A stretch of DNA of 64,000 nt, from assembly GCA_049303795.1 (NCBI GenBank), contig JBAQNM010000015.1, positions 36,590 through 100,589 on the forward strand, read 5' to 3'. Positions 29,062 to 36,448 of the stretch are shown in pieces. This DNA comes from Candidatus Moraniibacteriota bacterium. GTDB lineage: Bacteria; Patescibacteriota; Minisyncoccia; Moranbacterales; UBA2206. Under the pieces are notes generated by a model, which saw only the letters and a list, made by a program, of their open reading frames with translations, ran no database searches and had not been told where the DNA came from. How positions within the stretch are numbered: position 1 is the first letter of the stretch; each line of letters opens with the position of its first letter. The translations under genes and the position numbers were made by a program.

Positions 29062-29733
29062 ATGAAATCTACTACAATGAAAGTACTCGTTACTGCTGGC
29101 AGCACACTTATGTCGATCGATCAGGTACGTGCGATCACTAATATTTTTAAAGGAAAAACAGGTACTGCGATCGCGACATTCATTGCGCACACAAAGGCAG
29201 ATGTCACATTGGTTACATCAAATCCAGCTATTGCGTCAAAGATCGATACGATGAGTGTCATTCCCTATAAGACATATGCAGATCTTGCTGAGATCATGGA
29301 GCAGCAAATCGTGCATGGTGCATATGATATCATCATCCACTCAGCTGCAGTAAGTGATTTTTTTGTGAGTAATGTATGTGTGATGGATACAGATGGTCAA
29401 CTAGTAAAAATTGACGCGACAAAAAAAGTATCATCAGCATATCCAAAACTCTATTTGGAACTCTCTCCCACTGAAAAGCTTATCAATAAGATTCGGTCTG
29501 ATTGGGGTTATTCTGGGAAGCTGATCAAATTTAAACTGGAGGTTGAAAAAACGTATGATGAATTGATCTCGATCGCTATAGCAAGTGTTCGAGCGTCTGG
29601 AGCTGATCTCATTGTTGCAAATTGCCTTGAATGGTGTGATCGATCAGCTGTGATCATATATGCAGACGGTGCATATATAGAAGTCGATCGTCACAAGTTA
29701 CCAGAGGAATTATGGAGGAGGATAAACAGATGA
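29062..29733 (+). CDS. coaB: phosphopantothenate-cysteine ligase (stand-alone CoaB)
   Basis: KVLVTAGSTLMSIDQVRAITNIFKGKTG matches the CoaB/Dfp C-terminal signature (TAGxTxExIDxVRxIxNxSxGxxG). Stop TGA overlaps the coaC ATG (ATGA). Confidence 0.78.
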   Translation: MKSTTMKVLVTAGSTLMSIDQVRAITNIFKGKTGTAIATFIAHTKADVTLVTSNPAIASKIDTMSVIPYKTYADLAEIMEQQIVHGAYDIIIHSAAVSDFFVSNVCVMDTDGQLVKIDATKKVSSAYPKLYLELSPTEKLINKIRSDWGYSGKLIKFKLEVEKTYDELISIAIASVRASGADLIVANCLEWCDRSAVIIYADGAYIEVDRHKLPEELWRRINR

Positions 29734-30281
29734 AAAAAATTCTATTAGGCGTAACGGGTAGTGTTGCCGCAAAATTGACGCCAAAACTGGTTAATCTTCT
29801 TGAGGCATCAGATTATGAAGTGCGAGTGGTTGCTACTGAGCAGTCTCTTTACTTTTGGGACTCGAAAGATGTAAACATCCCAATCTTTCGTGAGACAGAT
29901 GAATGGTCAGGTTTTGCCTATATAAAAGATCAAATCATCCCACATATTGCATTGTGTGATTGGGCTGATGTATTTCTTATTGCACCGCTCACTGCTAACA
30001 CACTCGCTAAAATGGCATGTGGCATATGTGACAATCTTATCACATCTGTGGTGAGAGCATGGCCGTTAGCAAAACCATTGATCGTAGCACCATCTATGAA
30101 TACACAAATGTGGAAAAACCCACTGACTAAAAAACATCTTACCAATCTCTCTGAATATTATCAGGCAATTATTATCCCGCCCATTGAAAAAAAATTGGCT
30201 TGTGGCGAAGAAGGTCTCGGGGCAATGGCTGAACTTTCAGATATCCTAAATATTTTAGCAGATATTATTGACAAAAAATAA
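29730..30281 (+). CDS. coaC: phosphopantothenoylcysteine decarboxylase / HFCD-family flavoprotein (stand-alone CoaC)
   Basis: ILLGVTGSVAA (FMN-binding), IAPLTANTLAKMACGICDNL, APSMNTQMW and LACGEEGLGAMAE motifs. Confidence 0.82.
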   Translation: MKKILLGVTGSVAAKLTPKLVNLLEASDYEVRVVATEQSLYFWDSKDVNIPIFRETDEWSGFAYIKDQIIPHIALCDWADVFLIAPLTANTLAKMACGICDNLITSVVRAWPLAKPLIVAPSMNTQMWKNPLTKKHLTNLSEYYQAIIIPPIEKKLACGEEGLGAMAELSDILNILADIIDKK

Positions 30282-30304
30282 TGATATCTCATCAAACCTC
30301 GCTG

Positions 30305-30345
30305 TTTTCAAAAAAACAGCGAGGTTTCTTTAATTAAAAAGCAAT
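30305..30345 (+). terminator. rho-independent terminator after coaC
   Basis: AAACCTCGCTGTTTTT-CAAAAAAACAGCGAGGTTT followed by CTTT. Confidence 0.7.
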
Positions 30346-30482
30346 TTTTAAATTATTATGAATACACAAAAACTGATTAATTAAATCAGTTAAGCGCATA
30401 CTTATTATAAATAAAAATCAAACTTACAAGTAAAATTACGGCTTTTTCTTGTTTTCACTTTTTCTTTTCTTAAGTTCTTTTT

Positions 30483-30526
30483 TTAAAAATAAAAAATTCC
30501 CATCCAGACATTTGTCCAGATGGGAA
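30483..30526 (-). terminator. terminator of the radical SAM gene
   Basis: TTCCCATC...GATGGGAA hairpin with a T-run on the minus strand (A-run 30485-30496 on plus). Confidence 0.5.
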
Positions 30527-30544
30527 TTTATGCAACAAGCAATC

Positions 30545-31972
30545 TTATAGCCAAAGCTCGTTTATAGATACGATTTGATCGGGAATAGCTCGCTCCAGAA
30601 TCCTCTCCTTCATCAGGTCAACAAATTCTGAAATGAGTCTATAAACATAGGCGTAGCAATCCATTCGCGGATAGTTGTTTTTCTGCACAACGCAACCACC
30701 GCCACACAAAGGACCAATATGGCAAATTCTGCAATCCTCCTTTTCCATAAAAGTCTTGCTCTTAAGTTTTGCTTCGTTTTCAGAAAAACCACTGCTTGCC
30801 TCGCCAATGCAGAAAGTATTATTATTGATAGTTCTTGGGCAATGAAAAATCCTTCCATCAGTTGAGAATACATAATGGAAACCTTTTTGAGGTTCACAAA
30901 AACCAAACTTGGGCCCCCAATACGTTTTATATCTGCCCAACCAATCGAAGCTATGGGTGAGGTGTGCAAGATATTTAAAACTTTCAAACTTCAGCTTGCC
31001 TCGAAGTTCAGGATGATTTTCCCAGAGCTCAATGATTGATTTCACCATTATCGCTTCGGTTATTTCATCCTTCCGAGAGTCCAGATTGGCATAATCATGA
31101 GAGCCTTCGATTCGCCACTGAAAATTAGATAAACTAAGCCAGCCTTTATCTTTAATGAACGAGGATAATTCTTCCAAGCAGTCCGCATTGCCTGCACCAA
31201 GAATAGTTTGCACCTTTACCTGAAAATTTCTTTTGAGCAGACTATCCACGGCCGAAACAACTTCGGTGAAAGATCCTTTGCCTCCCCTGAAAGGTCTTCG
31301 TAAATTGTGCGCATGAGAAGGTCCATCAATTGTTATCCGAAAATCGGATATAACCTCTCTGAACCTCTCGAAAACCTTCATAAAATTTAACACTCTAGAC
31401 CCATTGGTTACAATAACGCATTTCCAATTATTCCGCTCGGCCGTCTCCAGTATCCAATTAAGAATATTTCTGCTGGAAACCAGCAGTGGCTCTCCCCCGA
31501 AAATAATAAGATTCATCTTGTCCGCTGGTATATTCTTTTCTTCCTGAATCTTTTTTATCCGACTGCTTACATCCTCCAATACCCTCCTGCTGATTTGCGA
31601 ATTTTTTAGGATTTTTTTCTCATAGCAGATAGGGCAAGCGAAATTACAATTGAGCGTTGTAAGAACGTAGAACCAGTAGGGCACATGCTTGCCGTGCTCT
31701 TGACTAGTTTTAATTAGCCTCTCCAGTTGCAATGAATCATCATTCTGAATCAAATAGCCTCTTGAATTAAGAATATCCCCTTCTTTACTGTCAATTTTCC
31801 CCTCAAGAATTCTTTTGGGAACGATATCAATCGCTCCTGTGAGTGTGTTAATCAGCAACAAAAATAAATCACTGAGCTCAAATACAATTGTCCTTGCATT
31901 AAATATGGCCACGATAGTCTCCTTTATATAGGTCTTTATTATTTGGTATTTACTATTTTTAATATAAGTCAA
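30545..31972 (-). CDS. radical SAM / SPASM-domain protein with an N-terminal extension
   Basis: CX3CX2C (LNCNFACPICYEKK). C-terminal Cys-rich SPASM-like segment (CPRT...CRICHIGPLCGGGCVVQ...C). Extra ~100 aa at the N-terminus. Confidence 0.8.
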   Translation of the reverse strand: MTYIKNSKYQIIKTYIKETIVAIFNARTIVFELSDLFLLLINTLTGAIDIVPKRILEGKIDSKEGDILNSRGYLIQNDDSLQLERLIKTSQEHGKHVPYWFYVLTTLNCNFACPICYEKKILKNSQISRRVLEDVSSRIKKIQEEKNIPADKMNLIIFGGEPLLVSSRNILNWILETAERNNWKCVIVTNGSRVLNFMKVFERFREVISDFRITIDGPSHAHNLRRPFRGGKGSFTEVVSAVDSLLKRNFQVKVQTILGAGNADCLEELSSFIKDKGWLSLSNFQWRIEGSHDYANLDSRKDEITEAIMVKSIIELWENHPELRGKLKFESFKYLAHLTHSFDWLGRYKTYWGPKFGFCEPQKGFHYVFSTDGRIFHCPRTINNNTFCIGEASSGFSENEAKLKSKTFMEKEDCRICHIGPLCGGGCVVQKNNYPRMDCYAYVYRLISEFVDLMKERILERAIPDQIVSINELWL

Positions 31973-32048
31973 ATACTACTTGTGAAAGAACCAATGTTAA
32001 AGGATATAAGTAAAAATGAGGATAGTCAAGTCTCGATCTTCCGTTCAA

Positions 32049-32234
32049 TTATTCTTTCAGCTTCTCTAAATATTCCATGCCTTGCTTATAATTCTTAAAT
32101 TTATCCGCTTTTGCTCCAAAAAAAGATCTTGAATTTTTAAAAGGAAATGTCGAAAGTAAATTGAATGTAAAATTTGACCAATAAGGCACTTTGATTCGCT
32201 TACCTGGCGGTAGACAGAAATCCTTCCTCCTCAA
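32049..32234 (-). pseudogene. remnant of a HAD-hydrolase paralog
   Basis: The C-terminal ~22 aa (FGAKADKFKNYKQGMEYLEKLKE) align with the C-terminus of the HAD at 33845-34438 (LGMKTIEFKNYKQCVEDLEML), and the DNA similarity extends past the stop. The remainder of the ORF is not HAD-like. Confidence 0.45.
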
Positions 32235-32286
32235 CAGACGAGAAAAGTTTTAATATAGCCTTTTCATTGTGTTTAATTCACAGATA

Positions 32287-32315
32287 TTGACATGATGGCT
32301 ATTTTATGCTATCAT
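32287..32315 (+). promoter_or_regulatory. near-consensus sigma70 promoter (module P2)
   Basis: TTGACA, 17 nt, TATCAT. The -10/+1 region TATGCTATCATTGTTAGTTCATT is almost identical to the promoter at 35264. Confidence 0.65.
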
Positions 32316-32410
32316 TGTTAGTTCATTAGGGTGGTCCTAGTGAAAGTTCATTCCACTATCGATCTCAAAAAGATTTGGGACGAAAAGAAGAAAGGAAAGG
32401 AGAATACAAC

Positions 32411-32833
32411 ATGTCGTCAATTCATGGATGGAAAAATGGCGTAGCAGAGGGAAGGGCTGTTGGAAGTGAACTTACTCTTGCCAGGAAAGAAATTCTTAAT
32501 GCAGGAAATTTTGATTATCTCACTTCATACACTTATTTTCACACGTGCCCTCCTCGCATAAGAGGAGAATACCGCATAGGTAGCAGCGTGGGAACACTGG
32601 ACTACATCAATAAAGCAATGACCAAGTCCGTTGAATACAAGCTGATCATTGAATTTACAGACCTTGATGAAGCGTTAGTGTTGTATAATTTGATTCGAGG
32701 CGGAAAAATCTGGCCAGTCATCAACTATGAAGACCCTCAAGTGCCATCGCCCTGCCGTCACCTGAAAGATATTTTCCGTGAAGGCCTGGGAATTATCCGT
32801 CGCGAAATTGCAAAAAAACTGCACTTCGCATAA
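32411..32833 (+). CDS. hypothetical protein
   Basis: RBS AAAGGAGAA precedes ATG 32411. 140 aa. GC-richer than the backbone. Confidence 0.5.
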   Translation: MSSIHGWKNGVAEGRAVGSELTLARKEILNAGNFDYLTSYTYFHTCPPRIRGEYRIGSSVGTLDYINKAMTKSVEYKLIIEFTDLDEALVLYNLIRGGKIWPVINYEDPQVPSPCRHLKDIFREGLGIIRREIAKKLHFA

Positions 32834-32878
32834 TCACTCAATACAGCAAATGCACTAATTCAAGGAAAGGATTAAGTC

Positions 32879-33115
32879 ATGTATATAGACGATTCTCCCG
32901 TTCCAAATTTCCCACCGTCTTCGTCCGGACAAGTTATCGTTATCGATAAAACAGACAAGGACGCGGATTCTGTCATCGAGCTGGCCCGCGACGAAGGAGC
33001 TACCTCCATCGATGCTGACGGAGATGAAACCTTCTGGGTAGTTTTCTCCGATGAACCCCGTCGCGTGTGGGACTTCACTGAAGAAGCCCTGAGAGGGGAA
33101 ATTAAAAAGATGTAG
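32879..33115 (+). CDS. hypothetical small acidic protein
   Basis: RBS AGGAAAGGA. 78 aa, rich in D/E. Followed by a strong terminator. Confidence 0.45.
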   Translation: MYIDDSPVPNFPPSSSGQVIVIDKTDKDADSVIELARDEGATSIDADGDETFWVVFSDEPRRVWDFTEEALRGEIKKM

Positions 33116-33150
33116 CTCGCGTAACACCCGAGCATAACACATTCAAAACA

Positions 33151-33183
33151 GGGTCACTAGATATTTCTAGTGACCCTTTTTCT
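33151..33183 (+). terminator. rho-independent terminator
   Basis: GGGTCACTAGA-TATTT-TCTAGTGACCC followed by TTTTTCT. Confidence 0.75.
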
Positions 33184-33285
33184 ATGATAAATTCAACGAA
33201 GATATTTTAATTTAATTCCATAACCTAAATACTGGCTTAAATTAGCCATTTCTTGCTTATTTTACTCAAATCGCTATCACGGCAC

Positions 33286-33313
33286 TTGACAAGTTCCATA
33301 GATAGTGTATACT
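33286..33313 (+). promoter_or_regulatory. near-consensus sigma70 promoter (module P3) driving a noncoding unit
   Basis: TTGACA, 16 nt, TATACT, preceded by the AATTAGCCATTTCTTGCTT box that also precedes promoter P4. Confidence 0.55.
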
Positions 33314-33770
33314 GTAGTGTACGATTGGTTGATTTACAATTTTTGTCACTCGAAAGATTTTCGAAAAATAGCCCTGGCATGAACAGTTGTGCTCGCAAAC
33401 AGGATGAAATTCGAAATTCAATCGAAACTTGATTTATCCGATGCAAGAGGTGCATTAGGCAATCAAGGATGAAAGTTGCGAATGCAACTGATCGTAGGTA
33501 GTGGTTCTTTTATTTTTTATTTTTTAAGAAAAACGTTGCGTGCATGTAAGCGCAACGCGAGAGTGCAAGTATTTTTTTATTTTTGTTCAAAAGTAAGACC
33601 CTTGCGAGCACTAGCCGTCTGAATTGAATCTGATTTAAGCACAATGTGGATTCGGTCAGAAGTTCGTTTAGATGGCGAAAAATGGAGAAGGATCCACAAA
33701 AAGTCGAGACCAGACTATAATGGTCGAGTACCCAATCTATGGGGGATATGCGCTGCATATCCCCTTTTTT
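33314..33770 (+). ncRNA. candidate ~450-nt noncoding transcript bounded by a promoter and a terminator
   Basis: No credible ORF on the plus strand; the minus-strand ORFs look spurious. GC is above the backbone. Internal hairpins include GTTGCGAATGCAAC and CGTTGCGTGCATGTAAGCGCAACG. It ends in the terminator GGGGATATG-CGCTG-CATATCCCC-TTTTTT (33742-33770). Confidence 0.35.
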
Positions 33771-33818
33771 ATTTTCCAATTTCTAATCTCCCCTGCCTTA
33801 TTTTCAGACAAAAATCAA
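33765..33818 (+). repeat. direct repeat, copy b
   Basis: TTTTTTATTTTCCAATTTCTAATCTCCCCTGCCTTATTTTCAGACAAAAATCAAGC, about 85% identical to copy c. Confidence 0.6.
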
Positions 33819-33844
33819 GCTAGCTTTGCTATATAATATCAAAA

Positions 33845-34438
33845 TCAATTGCCTAAAAGCATTTCTAAATCTTCCACACATTGTTTATAATTCTTAAACT
33901 CGATCGTCTTCATTCCAAGAATTTTAGCAGGTTCTAGATTTTTTATTCTATCTTCAATATAAATACACTCCCCTGCTTCTAAATTCAATCTTTCAAGGAC
34001 TTTTTTATATATTTCTATATCTGGTTTTGCAAAACCCACATCATAAGACGTCACTATCACATCAAAAACTTCTCTAAATTTCTTCTCTTCCAAAATAGGC
34101 TCGAGCCAAGATTCTATCTGATTGGACAGTATCGCTAATTTATATTTACCCTGTAGATTATTTTTAACATAAGCATAAAGCTCATCGCGAAAGCCAGTGT
34201 ATTCAACAAAATATTTTTTGAATTTAAATGCATCCATTCCCACAAAAGCTCCAAGTTTTTCCCAGAAAATATTAGAATCTATTTTTCCAACTCTAGCTTC
34301 TAACCAAATAGACAGCCCTATCTCATTTGCTTTTTGCGAATCGACATTCAACTTCACAGCATTGTTCAACCAAAATTCCTGAATATCATCATTTATGGAG
34401 AAAACGCCGCCGAAGTCAAATATTATTGCTTTATACAT
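33845..34438 (-). CDS. HAD-superfamily hydrolase (canonical motifs)
   Basis: Motif I IIFDFGGV, motif II LSNQ, and YIEDRIKNLEP for motif IV. Confidence 0.75.
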   Translation of the reverse strand: MYKAIIFDFGGVFSINDDIQEFWLNNAVKLNVDSQKANEIGLSIWLEARVGKIDSNIFWEKLGAFVGMDAFKFKKYFVEYTGFRDELYAYVKNNLQGKYKLAILSNQIESWLEPILEEKKFREVFDVIVTSYDVGFAKPDIEIYKKVLERLNLEAGECIYIEDRIKNLEPAKILGMKTIEFKNYKQCVEDLEMLLGN

Positions 34439-34591
34439 ATATTTGCTAATTTTAATTATACCTTAATCATAGCACCCAATTAAATCATTTTCAATTATTC
34501 GCTTCTATACTAAAATAGGACGTTGAAATATTTTGTGATAGAATTTATTCAAACTGCTTTTAGTGTTTTGTCCTGAAAAATAATAAACCTT

Positions 34592-35170
34592 ATGCATTAT
34601 AAAAATAAAATTTTTGCAGAAAAAGAAGTTCGCGGTGAACATTTTTCTGATTGCCAATTTTCCGCTTGTTCCTTTCCTGAAATTAACCTAAAATTCACCA
34701 CTTTTAACAATTGCACATTCAATGCCTGCGATCTCTCATCCATCAACTGCGAAAGCACTGGCTTTTCCAATTGCTCTTTTCCTGAAAGTAAATTAAGCAA
34801 CCTAAACTTTCTGGCGGTCAAATTCACTGATTGCGATTTCTCTGGCGCTATCATGCAAAATTGCATCTTTGAAAAACGCCAAGGAATAAACAATTTGCCA
34901 GCGAAAAAATTCTCTCTCGCCGATTGTAAATTTGAAGAAACTGATTTATCAGGCAGTATCTTTTTTCTTTCTGATTTAACTGGAGTAAGCTTTAGAAACT
35001 CCAAACTAGAAAAGACTGGCTTTGAAAAATGCATTATCAGAAAAGTAGATTTTACCGGCGCAACAATCAATGGCGCACATTTCACAGATTGCACGATCGA
35101 AAAAACTATTTTGGATTTTCAAGGCTTTATTCATTTTGGCAATTCGCATGGGTTTGAGTTGAATGGTTAA
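34592..35170 (+). CDS. pentapeptide-repeat protein
   Basis: Tandem A(D/N)LxX-type pentapeptides throughout, for example FSDCQFSACSFPEINLKFTTFNNCTFNACDLSSINCE. Confidence 0.8.
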   Translation: MHYKNKIFAEKEVRGEHFSDCQFSACSFPEINLKFTTFNNCTFNACDLSSINCESTGFSNCSFPESKLSNLNFLAVKFTDCDFSGAIMQNCIFEKRQGINNLPAKKFSLADCKFEETDLSGSIFFLSDLTGVSFRNSKLEKTGFEKCIIRKVDFTGATINGAHFTDCTIEKTILDFQGFIHFGNSHGFELNG

Positions 35171-35263
35171 AATCATATAGACAGACAACCACTAACTTCT
35201 TTCTATGATCTCAAAGTTTTAAAAAATCGCCTCAATTAGCCATTTTTTGCTTTTCCTGATCGA

Positions 35264-35292
35264 TTGACAAAGAGCCTTAAATATGCTATCAT
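35264..35292 (+). promoter_or_regulatory. near-consensus sigma70 promoter plus conserved leader (module P4)
   Basis: TTGACA, 17 nt, TATCAT. The leader carries the palindrome CCTAATTAGG and shares about 100 nt with the P1 leader. Confidence 0.65.
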
Positions 35293-35410
35293 TTCAAGTT
35301 AGTTCATTGACAATATTGATCGTCCTATTTTTATCCTAATTAGGGGTAAAACTTGGACGATTAAGTATACTAAAAAAACCACACAAATCACTCATAAAGG
35401 AGACTCCGAA

Positions 35411-36049
35411 ATGAACAAAAAGGAAAAGCTCGTTGGATTTTTGAAAAAAATGGCAACCCCCGACAGCCTATCTGGAATAATTGCAGGCTTTATCTTTATT
35501 TTCATTATGATAGTTACAATCAACAGCTACCGGTCAATAAAGATCGACCCATGGAAAACAACAGAGGAGGTGCTTACTGCGCCAGTTCCAGCTACGCTGG
35601 TTAAAATCGGGAAAACCACCCCCAAAATATTGACGGTAATAGTCAATGAGCAAATTTTCTGGGAAATTGCCAGAGACTCGGATGTTGAAGTTTCAATTGA
35701 TTACAAGAAAGGGTTTGCAGAAGTGACTTATTTTAAACGTTTCGGCAAAGGCGAAATCGCGGTCATGCACAATTCCCTGTTCACGCCTAAAAAGCCCATG
35801 GATTCATTTCAGTCTTTTTTCAAATATGAACCATCGGCATTCCGCTTCGAAAATAATAAAATAATCTTTGATTATAGGTCAAGCCCAAGCCCCACTACTG
35901 CATATGGGGTAGTCATCCTTTCCGTGGTTAATCTAATGATTGCATTTTCATGTTGGTTTTTTTTATTTATTACCTTTAAGTTAGTACTTGATGAAAAACG
36001 GAAAGCGCTTTTCAAACGCAAAAAACAATTACCCATTAAGGAGGAATAA
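35411..36049 (+). CDS. hypothetical membrane protein, paralog of 22804-23418
   Basis: Same leader and RBS (CATAAAGGAGA), same start MNK(K/R)KE, and the conserved FWEIARDSDVEV block. Confidence 0.6.
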   Translation: MNKKEKLVGFLKKMATPDSLSGIIAGFIFIFIMIVTINSYRSIKIDPWKTTEEVLTAPVPATLVKIGKTTPKILTVIVNEQIFWEIARDSDVEVSIDYKKGFAEVTYFKRFGKGEIAVMHNSLFTPKKPMDSFQSFFKYEPSAFRFENNKIIFDYRSSPSPTTAYGVVILSVVNLMIAFSCWFFLFITFKLVLDEKRKALFKRKKQLPIKEE

Positions 36050-36050
36050 A

Positions 36051-36302
36051 ATGAAAAAGCACCTGTTAAGATTGGTTCTGTCCGGAGTGGAAGGCGTCAA
36101 AATCGTATGGTCTGACGTTGTTCCTGAGGCTGAAAAAGCCTACATCTTTGATGGCATTTCTGACCAAGTGCATTTCATCGGAGAAGTCAGTGTGTGCGAT
36201 AAGGATACCTATCGAGTCATTGAAGGAAATCCTTCCGCATTCAAAGAGGCATCCATTGCCTTAAAAAATCCGACAACCATCCAAGTCAAACCCATTGTCT
36301 AA
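36051..36302 (+). CDS. hypothetical small protein, translationally coupled
   Basis: RBS AAGGAGG lies inside the end of the upstream gene. ATG 36051 sits 1 nt after the upstream TAA. Confidence 0.45.
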   Translation: MKKHLLRLVLSGVEGVKIVWSDVVPEAEKAYIFDGISDQVHFIGEVSVCDKDTYRVIEGNPSAFKEASIALKNPTTIQVKPIV

Positions 36303-36347
36303 ATCCAGCAAAAAAATGCTAGAATTTAGGCGACTCCACCGTACACG

Positions 36348-36382
36348 GACCCTCTTTTCTCAAGAGGGTCCTTTTTTATTTT
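36348..36382 (+). terminator. rho-independent terminator
   Basis: GGACCCTCTT-TTCTCA-AGAGGGTCC followed by TTTTTTATTTT. Confidence 0.75.
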
Positions 36383-36427
36383 CCAATTTATTAATTTCCC
36401 CCTGCCTGATTTTTAGACAAAAATCAA
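36372..36427 (+). repeat. direct repeat, copy c
   Basis: TTTTTTATTTTCCAATTTATTAATTTCCCCCTGCCTGATTTTTAGACAAAAATCAAAT. Confidence 0.6.
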
Positions 36428-36448
36428 ATATTACTTTAGTATTAAATT

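Noticed and set aside
29062-31972. Calling the flavoprotein plus radical-SAM pair a RiPP (LanD-like) cluster
   Set aside because: The flavoprotein is translationally coupled to a bona fide CoaB, so CoA biosynthesis explains it. No credible precursor peptide was found. This is retained only as a low-probability alternative in the findings.
33237-33779. Two minus-strand ORFs (72 and 89 aa) inside the proposed noncoding unit
   Set aside because: They have low-complexity, stop-poor composition, no RBS, and run antisense to a promoter-terminator pair. They are treated as chance ORFs in a noncoding region.
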